Positions 27,591 to 36,345 of a DNA stretch of 40,655 nucleotides are shown in pieces. Below the pieces are notes generated by a model. The model saw only the letters and a list, made by a program, of their open reading frames with translations, had not been told where the DNA came from and searched no databases. The stretch is taken from NCBI GenBank assembly GCA_040752415.1, contig JBFMGU010000078.1:1-40655 (forward strand). The letters run 5' to 3'. Source of the DNA: Myxococcota bacterium (GTDB lineage: Bacteria; Myxococcota; JACRCW01). The stretch's first letter is position 1, and each line of letters begins with the position of its first letter. Both the position numbers and the translations under genes were made by a program.

Positions 27591-28570
27591 CCAGCACGAC
27601 GATGAAGGCCACCATCCTGGGCGGCGGGCGCATGGCCCAGGTGCTCAGCGGGATGCTGTTGCGCACGGGCGTGCAGGTTCAGTTGTGGGCGCGTCGCGAG
27701 GAGGTGCGGAACAAGCTGGCCGCGGCGCTGAAGGACGTGAAGGTCTGCGCCACCGTCGGGGAAGCGTGTGAGGGCAGCCGCACCGTGTTCCTCACCGTCC
27801 CCGCCAACGCGCTGGCCGAGGTGTCCGCCCTCTACGGCGACCACGCCGAGGGAGACCACGTGGTGCTGCACGCGGCGCGCGGCGTGGCGGAGGGATTCGT
27901 GCTCCCGCACCAGGCCATCCGCTCGCAGTGTTGCGTGCGCAAGGTGGGCGCGCTGGGCGGACCGCTCTACACCATTGCCGACGGGTCCAGCCGTCCGCTG
28001 GTGGCGGTGGTGGGCTCGCGCTTCACGGAGACGGTGGAGCTGGCGCGCCGGCTGGTCTCCGGCACCAGCGTGCGCATCCACATCACCTCGGACATCGTGG
28101 GCGTGGAGGTGGCGGGCGCCGTCTCCAACGTCACCGCGCTGGCGGTGGGCATGGCCGACGCGCTGGATCTCGGCGAGACCGCGCGCGGCGTGCTCATGAC
28201 CCGCGGTCTTTCCGAGGCCACGCGGCTGGGCGTGCGCCTGGGAGCGGAGCTCAGCACCTTCAGCGGCCTGGCCGGCGTGGGGGACCTCATTCCCCGCCCG
28301 GTCAGCTCCATGCAGCGTCACCGCGACGTGGGCGCGCGGGTGGCCCAGGGCGCCACGTTGGAGCAGGCGCTCGCCTCGGTGCAGGGGTGCGTGGAGGGTG
28401 TGCTCACCGCGTTCGAGGGAGCCGCCTTGTCGCGCCGGCTGGGCGTGAAGCTGCCGCTGGTGTGCGCCGTGGATCAGATCCTGCGCGGTGAGACCCAGCC
28501 GCGCGCCGCGCTCGACGAGATCCTCCGCCTGGACATCGAGCTCGAGCGGGAATCGGTCTCCGCGCGATGA
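27587..28570 (+). CDS. gpsA: NAD(P)H-dependent glycerol-3-phosphate dehydrogenase
   Basis: N-terminal Rossmann TILGGGRMAQVL and the GpsA signature GVLMTRGLSEATRLGVRLGAELSTFSGLAGVGDLI. ATGA overlap with the next gene. Confidence 0.85.
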   Translation: MTSTTMKATILGGGRMAQVLSGMLLRTGVQVQLWARREEVRNKLAAALKDVKVCATVGEACEGSRTVFLTVPANALAEVSALYGDHAEGDHVVLHAARGVAEGFVLPHQAIRSQCCVRKVGALGGPLYTIADGSSRPLVAVVGSRFTETVELARRLVSGTSVRIHITSDIVGVEVAGAVSNVTALAVGMADALDLGETARGVLMTRGLSEATRLGVRLGAELSTFSGLAGVGDLIPRPVSSMQRHRDVGARVAQGATLEQALASVQGCVEGVLTAFEGAALSRRLGVKLPLVCAVDQILRGETQPRAALDEILRLDIELERESVSAR

Positions 28571-29460
28571 GCCACCTGTTCATTGAGCGCAGCAACCACC
28601 GCAAGCTCCCGGCGGACTACCGCGGGGACATCCTGGTCTGGGACATCGACAAGACGTACCTGGACACGCGTTTCTCGTCGGTGCGCGGGCTGCTGGGCAT
28701 TGCGCTGGAAGCGGCGTTGGACAAGCGGGCCATCCCCGGCGCGGTGCCGTTGTTGCGCGGGTTGCGTCGGGGCGTGACGCAGCAGAGCGCACTCACCCCG
28801 CTCTACTTCGTCAGCGGCTCACCGGTGCAGCTGCGCGGCATCCTGGAGCGGAAGATGCTCCTGGACAGCGTCGACCACGACGGCATTGCCTTCAAGGATC
28901 AGCTGGGCCTGCTCAAGAACGGCCGCCCGCTCGCCATCGTCGAGCAGGTTGGTTACAAGCTGTGCGCGCTCCTGATGTACCGTCGGGAGCTGCCGCACGG
29001 CGCGCGCTACCTCTTCTTCGGTGACGACGCGGAATCCGACGCCACGGTGTTCACCCTGTTTGGGGAGGTGTGCGCGGGCCTGCGCGGCGCCGAGCTCAAG
29101 CGACGCATGCAGCAGCTGGGTGCGTTTGGCGCGGAGACCGAGGGCGCCGTCGAGCTCTCGTCGGGATTGCCGGCGGGGCCGGACCCGGTGGAGCGCATCT
29201 TCATCCGCCTGGAGCGCAACACGGACCCGGCGCGACTCACCTCCGGCGTGGTGACCCCGGTTCGCTCCTTCCTGCAGGCCGCGCTGGTGCTGCTGGACAT
29301 GAAGCGCATCACGCCCAACGCCCTGCTCGCGGTGGCGGAGGACCTGCGTCGCAACATGGTGCCGGAGTACGTGATCCGGGAGCACGTGGCGGACGCGCGC
29401 GCGCGGCTCGGCGTGACGGTGGAGACCACGGCCCTCCTGGAGCAGAACGCGCCGGGTTGA
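28567..29460 (+). CDS. App1-like phosphatidate phosphatase (DUF2183, HAD-type DxDxT)
   Basis: WDIDKTYLDT motif and the overall App1/DUF2183 pattern. Translationally coupled to gpsA. Confidence 0.55.
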   Translation: MSHLFIERSNHRKLPADYRGDILVWDIDKTYLDTRFSSVRGLLGIALEAALDKRAIPGAVPLLRGLRRGVTQQSALTPLYFVSGSPVQLRGILERKMLLDSVDHDGIAFKDQLGLLKNGRPLAIVEQVGYKLCALLMYRRELPHGARYLFFGDDAESDATVFTLFGEVCAGLRGAELKRRMQQLGAFGAETEGAVELSSGLPAGPDPVERIFIRLERNTDPARLTSGVVTPVRSFLQAALVLLDMKRITPNALLAVAEDLRRNMVPEYVIREHVADARARLGVTVETTALLEQNAPG

Positions 29461-29466
29461 GCCGGG

Positions 29467-30189
29467 TCATTCCTCCAGGATGCGACGTCGTCCCCACAGC
29501 GGCGGCCGACGTTCCCACGGCTCCAGCGCGTCAAACGCCTGCGCCTGCTCGCTGGTGAGCACGGCCTTGATGCGCTGGTCCCACTGCGTGCGGAACTCCT
29601 CCATCTGCGCCCGCATCTGCTCGCGGGGAATCTCGCCGTTGGCGCGTTTCTGCATGGCGTCCGTCATCTGCGCCACCGCCCAGCTGAGCACCTCCGCCAG
29701 CTTCTCCTTCTGCGCGCCGTCGAGCTGCAGGCGGGACGCGGTGTCGTCGAGCCATTCCTGCTCCCGCTTGCCCTGACGCGCCAGCTGCTCACCCTTGCGA
29801 CGCTCCGCCTCGTCGCGCATGGCCTGCTCCACCGCCTCGCGGATCTCCGGCGGCGGCGCGCCCCCTCCCGCGGGCGCGTCGTGGGTTGGGGTGGGTTGAG
29901 CCGCCCCCGGCACGGATGACGTCGTCACCGGCCGCGCCACCGCGAGCTGGCGGCGGAGCTGGTCCACCAGGTCTTCCAGCTGGGCGTGCGACTCCTCCAG
30001 CTCACGGATCCTCCGCTGTTGCTTCTCCACCGACGAGCGCAACGCCGCGAGCTCCGGGGCTCCCGGCGGAGTGGGTTGCGCTGACGACGTCACGGCAGCG
30101 GTCGACGGGGGCTCCCGCGCCAGCTGAACCACCAGTCCCACCACCGAGAGTCCCAGGGCAATCCAGGCCACACGCATGCCCTGGTGCAT
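29467..30189 (-). CDS. LTXXQ-motif (Spy/CpxP-like) periplasmic protein with N-terminal membrane anchor
   Basis: N-terminal TM (VAWIALGLSVVGLVV), coiled-coil middle, and C-terminal LTSEQAQAFDALE plus LDGAQKEKLAEVL (LTXXQ-type). Confidence 0.5.
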   Translation of the reverse strand: MHQGMRVAWIALGLSVVGLVVQLAREPPSTAAVTSSAQPTPPGAPELAALRSSVEKQQRRIRELEESHAQLEDLVDQLRRQLAVARPVTTSSVPGAAQPTPTHDAPAGGGAPPPEIREAVEQAMRDEAERRKGEQLARQGKREQEWLDDTASRLQLDGAQKEKLAEVLSWAVAQMTDAMQKRANGEIPREQMRAQMEEFRTQWDQRIKAVLTSEQAQAFDALEPWERRPPLWGRRRILEE

Positions 30190-30252
30190 AGCGCGAAGGG
30201 TGGCGACGCGCAGCGGGCCTTCCCCAGCGACGGTCCGCGGAACCGGGAGCGT

Positions 30253-31074
30253 TCACCCGTCGTAGAACATGGTGGCGCGCTGCTCGATGAACGCGCGCAC
30301 GGCCGCCTCCGCCCCCGGGCCCAGCTCGGTGAACTGCAATCCCGCGCCGGGAATGACGTCGCCACGCGGGCTCTCGCGCAGCCAGCGGACCACCGCGGTG
30401 GCGCGGATGCGCGGTCCCCCGGTGAGCTGGAGCGTGACTTCCACCTCGTCACCCACGTTCAGCTCGTCAAAGCACACCACGAAGAGCCCGCCGGTGCTGA
30501 TGTCCCAGCCATACGCGGAGAAGAAGTTGCTCTCCGTCTCCAGGCCCACCTCGCAGTCGATGCGGACCCGTCGCTGGGTGCGCCGCTCGTCGACGGGACG
30601 CGCGGGCAGTGGCGGCGCACCGGGCGCCCGCGGAAGGCCCACCGGCGTTGCTGCCAGCGCCTGCACCCGGCCCCGCTGCGCCACCAGCGCCTGGCCCGCC
30701 TGCTCCAGCGCACCGTCGAGGCTGTGCAGCACCTTCTCGCGCGCCTCGGCGGCCTCCACGCGCGCCTCCATGGCCATCACCCGCGCCAGGCGTGCTTTCT
30801 CCCGCGCCGTCACCGCCGGGGGTGGAGGCACGCGGGGCATGTCGCGGAGCAGCTCCGTCACCACCACGCCGCGCTCACGTTGCAGCGTCACCAGGCGGCC
30901 CTCCAGCTCGGCCCGTTGCGCGTCGGTGTCCATGATGCGCTCCTGCGCCTCCCGCTCGCGGGCCGCCAGGCGGGCCTCCCACGACGTCACCCGCGCTTCC
31001 TGTTCGGACAGCTCCTGCTCCTGGTGGCCTTCCGTGCCGGTACCGGGCACCGCGTATTCCGAGACCTTGCGCAT
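30253..31074 (-). CDS. PilZ-domain protein with N-terminal coiled coil (c-di-GMP effector)
   Basis: RBS GGAGG then ATG 31074. C-terminal RRTQRRVRIDCEVGLE...DISTGGLFVV matches PilZ RxxxR...D/NxSxGG. Confidence 0.7.
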   Translation of the reverse strand: MRKVSEYAVPGTGTEGHQEQELSEQEARVTSWEARLAAREREAQERIMDTDAQRAELEGRLVTLQRERGVVVTELLRDMPRVPPPPAVTAREKARLARVMAMEARVEAAEAREKVLHSLDGALEQAGQALVAQRGRVQALAATPVGLPRAPGAPPLPARPVDERRTQRRVRIDCEVGLETESNFFSAYGWDISTGGLFVVCFDELNVGDEVEVTLQLTGGPRIRATAVVRWLRESPRGDVIPGAGLQFTELGPGAEAAVRAFIEQRATMFYDG

Positions 31075-31196
31075 CTCCAAACCTCCGGAGCTTCGCATCG
31101 GCACGGGTCGGGACGGCCTTGAGCCGGAGTGCGCGGTCCGGCGCCGCCCATGCCAAGTCACCCCTCGGTCGGGTCATGGGGTTGGAGAATCCCCAC

Positions 31197-31286
31197 AGAA
31201 GGAAGTCAGGAGTCAGAAAGAAGGTGGTCACGTGACGACGACGGGCGAGCACCATCTGCATTCTGACTTCTGACTTCCTTCTTCTG
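31197..31286. repeat. Large inverted repeat (18/18-bp arms with 1 mismatch, GGAAGTCAGGAGTCAGAA / TTCTGACTTCTGACTTCC) around a 42-nt spacer containing the 10-bp palindrome GTCACGTGAC
   Basis: Read directly in the sequence. Arms at 31201-31218 and 31261-31278 carry an internal tandem heptamer AGTCAGG/AGTCAGA. It lies between the SRPBCC gene stop and the PilZ gene start. Confidence 0.6.
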
Positions 31287-31303
31287 GCCCCCCCCACCGC
31301 GCT

Positions 31304-32026
31304 TCAGTCCTTCTTCCAGGTCCCACCGCTCTCCGCGCGACGCTTCATGGCCATGAGCACCTCCGGCAGGTCCTTCTTGGTGAGGTACTCCTCCAGGAAC
31401 GCGGGGATCATGGCCCCTGTGTCGACGGCGATGTCATAGACCACCAATGTGCGCCCGCCATTCCACGGCTGGAAGTGCCAGGAACCGAAGGTGTCGTTGA
31501 TGTCGTTCTTGCTGCTCTTGTCCAGCGCCCAGGCCATGCGCTTCTTGCTGGCGTCGAACTTGAGGTCCAGCACGTAGCGCACCGTCTTGAACAGGACCTT
31601 CAGCTCCTGCACCACCTTCATGCCGTCCGCGGTGCGGTTCTGGATGGTGACCCGGGCCAGGCGCGGCATGAACTCTGGCATCTTCTCGTAGTCGTTGAGG
31701 ATGGCCCACGGCGCCTCGGGCGGCTTGTTGATGATGACAAACGCCTTGCCCTTCCCGGCGCGTTTGCCGGCGGCGTTGGTGTACATCTCCCCGCGCACCA
31801 CCACCTGGCCCTTCTCCAGCTTGGCCAGCTCATCCTTCTCGAAGGTGGGCGCCTCCGACGGAGCAGCGGGCGCGGGGGCAGGCGCGGCGGGGTGCGGCGC
31901 GGGCTGGGCGGGCGGAGGCGTGGCGGGGGCCGCGGTCTCCGACGTGGGGGCAGGGGCCGGCTGCTGGCCGGTGGCTCGGGCGGTGACGAGCAACAGGACG
32001 ACGCCAAGGAGGGATGCGCGTTTCAC
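31304..32026 (-). CDS. Secreted SRPBCC (START/Bet v1-like lipid-binding) domain protein with Pro/Ala-rich linker
   Basis: GTG 32026 gives signal peptide VKRASLLGVVLLLVTARA; the ORF is open to 32089 with an Arg-rich extension. A PAPAP-rich linker is followed by a ~150-aa domain with the SRPBCC pattern. Confidence 0.5.
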   Translation of the reverse strand: MKRASLLGVVLLLVTARATGQQPAPAPTSETAAPATPPPAQPAPHPAAPAPAPAAPSEAPTFEKDELAKLEKGQVVVRGEMYTNAAGKRAGKGKAFVIINKPPEAPWAILNDYEKMPEFMPRLARVTIQNRTADGMKVVQELKVLFKTVRYVLDLKFDASKKRMAWALDKSSKNDINDTFGSWHFQPWNGGRTLVVYDIAVDTGAMIPAFLEEYLTKKDLPEVLMAMKRRAESGGTWKKD

Positions 32027-32143
32027 GGCCCGTCTTCTAACGCGCCGCGCCCGCGATCTTCCAGCGCCCGCGCGCCCTGCCCTGCGCACCCGGATGGCCT
32101 TGTTACCTCACGAGTCAGCAGGCTTCAGGCGTGAGGTGTCACC

Positions 32144-32983
32144 ATGAAGCGGTTCCCTTCCGGGTATGCGTGCATGATGGCGGTGGGGCTGATGGCGGCG
32201 TGCTCCGCGCAGCAGCGGGTGGACGCGCAGGTGACCGCCGCCAAAGCCCTGGTCTCCGACGAGGACGAGAACAGGATTGGGGAGCAGGTCCACGCCGAGC
32301 TGGAGAAGCAGGGCATCCGCTACCTCAACAACCCCACCGTCACCTCGTACGTGGAGCAGATTGCCAAGCCCATCATTGACCAGGCGCGCGACGAGCGGCC
32401 CGGCGTGCACTGGCATGTCCACGTGGTGGATGACCCCAAGACGGTGAACGCGTTTGCCACGCCGGGCGGGCACCTCTACGTGATGTCCGGGCTGCTGAGC
32501 CAGGTGGACACCGACGCGGAGCTGGCCGGCGTGCTGGCGCACGAGGCCGGTCACGTGGTGGCGCGGCACACCGCGCGGCAGCTGGTGGCGCTCTACGGGA
32601 TGCAGACGGTGGCGGCCATGGCGCTGGGGAAGGATCCCACGCTCATCAAGCAGGTTGCGGCCATGCTGGCCACGCGCGGTGTGCTGCTGGCCTACACGCG
32701 CAGCGCCGAGCGCGAGGCGGATGAGTGGGGTGCGCGTTTCGCCAGCGCGGCGGACTTCGACCCGCACGGCATCGTGAAGTTCTTTGAGAAGCTGAAGGCG
32801 CGGGAGGGGCAGATCCCGCAGGTGCTCACCTGGCTCATGGACCACCCGCCCACCGCCGACCGCATTGCCCACGTCAACCAGTTCATCGACGAGAACAACC
32901 TGGGCGGTGGCAAGCCGGACAGCGGTCGCCTCCCCGCGGTGAAGCAGGCCATCGTCTCCGGCGTGCCGCGCGCCGCGCTGTAG
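32144..32983 (+). CDS. M48-family zinc metallopeptidase lipoprotein (HEXXH)
   Basis: TGAGGTG RBS, lipobox GLMAAC, HEAGHVVARH, and a downstream E...E typical of M48/BepA-like peptidases. Confidence 0.8.
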   Translation: MKRFPSGYACMMAVGLMAACSAQQRVDAQVTAAKALVSDEDENRIGEQVHAELEKQGIRYLNNPTVTSYVEQIAKPIIDQARDERPGVHWHVHVVDDPKTVNAFATPGGHLYVMSGLLSQVDTDAELAGVLAHEAGHVVARHTARQLVALYGMQTVAAMALGKDPTLIKQVAAMLATRGVLLAYTRSAEREADEWGARFASAADFDPHGIVKFFEKLKAREGQIPQVLTWLMDHPPTADRIAHVNQFIDENNLGGGKPDSGRLPAVKQAIVSGVPRAAL

Positions 32984-33184
32984 CGCCCAGCGCTGGCCCC
33001 ACTCCACGACGTGGGCGACAGCGCCGATCCCAAAGCCCACGCTGCGTCGTATCTCCCGTGGCCCCGGCACCAACGCGGTGTGTCCACCGTCACGCGGCCG
33101 GCCCGGGAGGACGGGGAGCCAGCTTGTCAGCGTCGGGTGGGTCGCTAGAAGGAATGCCGGGTTCTCGAAGACACGGAGCGCGTC

Positions 33185-33865
33185 ATGGGTCTGCGGGTGA
33201 TGGGGGCTTTGGCGATGGCGGTGGCGCTGGTGACGACGTGGGGATGCCAGGACGGCGTGCACGCGGCGGAGCTCCCGCGCGCGGCGGTGGATCTTCCCGC
33301 GCCCAAGCCGGGGGAGCTGCGCACGGTGGTGCTGGCCGGCGGTTGCTTCTGGTGCGTGGAAGCGGTGTTCGAGCAGGTGGAGGGCGTCACCGAGGTGGTG
33401 AGCGGATTCGCGGGCGGCACGCCGGAGACCGCCACCTATGAGCAGGTCTCGTCGGGGAAGACCTTGCACGCGGAGGTGGTGCGCATCACCTATGATCCTT
33501 CCCGGGTCAGCCTGGGTGAGCTGCTGCGCATCTTCTTTGCCACGCATGACCCCACCACCAAGGACCGCCAGGGACCGGACTGGGGTCACCAGTACCGCTC
33601 CGCGATCTTCTACGACGGCGAGGAGCAGCGGAAGGTGGCCGCGGCCTACCTGGAGCAGCTGGGCAAGGCGCGCGTGTTCGGCAGCCCCGTCGTCACCACG
33701 CTGGAGCCGCTCAAGGGCTTCTACCCGGCGGAGGGCTATCACCAGGACTTCGTGCGGCTGCACCCCGACCATCCGTACGTGCAGCAGTGGTCGGTTCCCA
33801 AGATCCGCAAGCTGCGTGAGGGCTTCCCCGAGCGCATCAAGAAAGCGACTGCCTCGCAACGTTGA
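33185..33865 (+). CDS. msrA: Peptide methionine sulfoxide reductase MsrA (secreted/lipoprotein form)
   Basis: Active-site GGCFWCVEA plus GHQYRSAIFY, with signal peptide and Cys at residue 21. Confidence 0.9.
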   Translation: MGLRVMGALAMAVALVTTWGCQDGVHAAELPRAAVDLPAPKPGELRTVVLAGGCFWCVEAVFEQVEGVTEVVSGFAGGTPETATYEQVSSGKTLHAEVVRITYDPSRVSLGELLRIFFATHDPTTKDRQGPDWGHQYRSAIFYDGEEQRKVAAAYLEQLGKARVFGSPVVTTLEPLKGFYPAEGYHQDFVRLHPDHPYVQQWSVPKIRKLREGFPERIKKATASQR

Positions 33866-33996
33866 GGACGCTCGACGGATGGTCACCTGTCCGAAAAGGC
33901 AGGTAAGGGATAGCTGTTTGATAGCGCAGGCATGGGCCGGCACGGCTTCCTGGGGCCGCACCGCTCACGCCGGGGGCCCCGTCCAAGGAGACAGTG

Positions 33997-34734
33997 ATGG
34001 AGGTGACGACGGAGCTGCGGGACCTCCCGGGATTGCGCATCACGTCCTGCAACGTGCGCTGTGAGCCGGGGGAGGCGGGACCGGTGCTGGTCCGTCGTCC
34101 GCTGGACCCGGCGCGCTCCGACTTTGCCGTGCTGTTCTCCAGCGTGCTCCCGCGCCTGCACCACCGGATCCTCCTGGTGGGCCCGGACGTGTTCCAGCTC
34201 CCGTCGACGCCACAGGAGGACCCGGCGGGCGCGGCCGCGCTGGCGTCCTGCTTCAAGCATCACCTCACCCCCCACGGCGTGGCCTGGACCGCGCGCGGTG
34301 AGCGCTTCCTCCCCGGGTACGCGCGCCACGTCCGCGACGACTGGAACGAGCTGCACGTCCTGGTGGGCGAGCGCTTTGACGTGGGCGCCATCCACGCGGC
34401 GCTGCACCGCACCGGCGCGTGGGGCAGTGAGCTCTGGGATGACCTTGAGCTCAACGCGCTCTACTTCCAGCACGTGGACACGGTGTTCAAGAACGTTGAC
34501 GGATTGTGCTGGTCGGTCTTCAGCGCGGACGCGGAGCTGCTGCGCATGCTCGAGGAATCCCTCACGCTGCGCCGGGACGTTGCGCTGGAGCGCGCCACCC
34601 TGCGGGAAACACACGCGTTGATGCGCACCACGACGAGCACACATCCCCGCCGCTTTGCTCCGCGCCACGTGCAAGCACCTGCTCACGCTTCTCAAGCCGT
34701 CTCAGACAAGCTGGATTCTTCACAATTCACCTAG
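33997..34734 (+). CDS. Hypothetical protein
   Basis: Good RBS AAGGAGA then ATG 33997; 245 aa, no recognizable family. Confidence 0.5.
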   Translation: MEVTTELRDLPGLRITSCNVRCEPGEAGPVLVRRPLDPARSDFAVLFSSVLPRLHHRILLVGPDVFQLPSTPQEDPAGAAALASCFKHHLTPHGVAWTARGERFLPGYARHVRDDWNELHVLVGERFDVGAIHAALHRTGAWGSELWDDLELNALYFQHVDTVFKNVDGLCWSVFSADAELLRMLEESLTLRRDVALERATLRETHALMRTTTSTHPRRFAPRHVQAPAHASQAVSDKLDSSQFT

Positions 34735-34939
34735 GGTTTCCCCGGAGATTGTGGCGACGTGCAACACCGTCGAGTAATGGCGTGATTCGCACTTGCAGCA
34801 GCCGCGGTGCGCTTCCTACCCTCGGGTCGAAAATTTCGCGGGTACTTGTGCAGTGGAGATGTTGAGCTGAGCCGCGTTTTTCAGTCCGGACGTCCAGGTT
34901 GTGGCGGGATTGGTGAACTGGTGTGGCTGTGGAGCCCGT

Positions 34940-35563
34940 ATGTCGCAGCAGCGAAAGCGCAGGACACAGATGGATCAGGTCTCGGAGCAGGCGGCGCGTT
35001 TGTCTCCGACGATCTTTGAATGCGTGCAGGAACCCGTGGCCATTGCGGACATGGACCGGGGGCTGGTGTTTTGGAACAAGGCGTTCGCAAACCTGGTGGG
35101 CCACCACGGTCCGGACGGAGACGGATTCTCGTCGGCGGGAGCGGACTGGGACCCCCTGGAGACGCGGGAGGTGATTCGCCTGGTCAACGGCGAGACCACC
35201 GTGGTGGCGTATGACAAGCACTACACGCACCGGGAGGGACACACCGTGCCCATCCGGGTGCGCGTCTCCATGCTGAAGAGCAACGACGGCTCGGGACAGG
35301 CCTACCTGGTGGTGGCGCGTCCCAACGTCCCGCAGCAGGAGGGACGCTCCACGCGCGTGGAGTGCGCCGCGCGGGAGTGGGACCTCACCGGGCGTCAGAC
35401 GGAGGTGCTGGAGCTGTTGGCGCGCGGCCTGGGCAACAAGGAGATTGCCTCCCGGCTGCAGTGCGCGGAGAGCACGGTGGAGTTCCACGTCACCGCGCTG
35501 CTGCGCAAGTCCAGCACCACCAGCCGCGCCAACCTCATCTGGGCGCTGTACTCCCGCTGGTAA
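34940..35563 (+). CDS. PAS-sensor / LuxR-type HTH transcriptional regulator
   Basis: N-terminal PAS-like region (VAIADMDRGLVFWNKAFANLVG). C-terminal LuxR HTH (LTGRQTEVLELLARGLGNKEIASRLQCAESTVEFHVTALLRK). Confidence 0.7.
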   Translation: MSQQRKRRTQMDQVSEQAARLSPTIFECVQEPVAIADMDRGLVFWNKAFANLVGHHGPDGDGFSSAGADWDPLETREVIRLVNGETTVVAYDKHYTHREGHTVPIRVRVSMLKSNDGSGQAYLVVARPNVPQQEGRSTRVECAAREWDLTGRQTEVLELLARGLGNKEIASRLQCAESTVEFHVTALLRKSSTTSRANLIWALYSRW

Positions 35564-35935
35564 CGCGCGTCGTCCGCCCCGAAGTTCGGACGAAGCTTCA
35601 CGAAGCGTCACGAAGGCCCGGGTGCAGCCCGTGTCCCAGGCTCCGCCCTGGCCCCGGTTGATCCGCGCGGACCCTCGCGCGGGCGCGGGCGGGTCCCACG
35701 GCATGCCAGCGCGCGCGTCGTCCCTGCGGGAGGTGAGACCCGCTGCCGCGTGGTGGGAGCCGGCCGGCGGGGCGCGGTGCTGGCGTTACACCAATGCTGG
35801 CGCGAGCGGACGTGCCGGTGCCGCTCCTGGAGTTGCGCCGTGAACTTGAACGCGAGTTCCGGGGCGACACCATCCATCCCTCAATGCGGGACATCAGGCC
35901 GAGCGACGGCGGTGCGTACCAGCACGTGCACGGCG

Positions 35936-36265
35936 TCAGCGGCCTGCCGTCCCCGTCGACAGCTTGAGCCCCACGATGCCCACCACGACGAGCAGGATGC
36001 ACCCCACGCGCGGCGCGTTGGCCGGCTCGCCCCAGGCCACCATGCCCACCAACGCCGCGCCCACCGCGCCAATCCCCGTCCACACCGCGTAGGCGGTGCC
36101 CAGCGGCAGGGTGCGCATGGCCTGCGCCAGCAGCACGAAGCTGAGCACCATCACCCCCACGGTGACGACGGAAACCACGGGCCTGGAAAAGCCCTCCGAG
36201 GCCTTGAGCCCGGCGGCCCAGACCACCTCACACACGCCGGCAACCACCAGGTAGACCCAGGCCAT
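35936..36265 (-). CDS. sugE: SMR-family small multidrug/quaternary-ammonium efflux protein (SugE/EmrE-like)
   Basis: 109 aa, four TM helices with conserved Glu (VAGVCEVVWAAGLK). GGAGG RBS lies 5 nt upstream of ATG 36265. Confidence 0.8.
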   Translation of the reverse strand: MAWVYLVVAGVCEVVWAAGLKASEGFSRPVVSVVTVGVMVLSFVLLAQAMRTLPLGTAYAVWTGIGAVGAALVGMVAWGEPANAPRVGCILLVVVGIVGLKLSTGTAGR

Positions 36266-36345
36266 GCGCACCTCCGCGGCCCCGGGTTGTAGCCCGCGGC
36301 CCCTGGGTCGCCACCGGGCGCCTCGTCGCGTTATCCCTTGGGGCC

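Noticed and set aside
32984-33010. Perfect 10-bp palindrome CCAGCGCTGG after the M48 peptidase gene as a terminator
   Set aside because: It has no loop and no U-tract; more likely a chance restriction-site-like palindrome.
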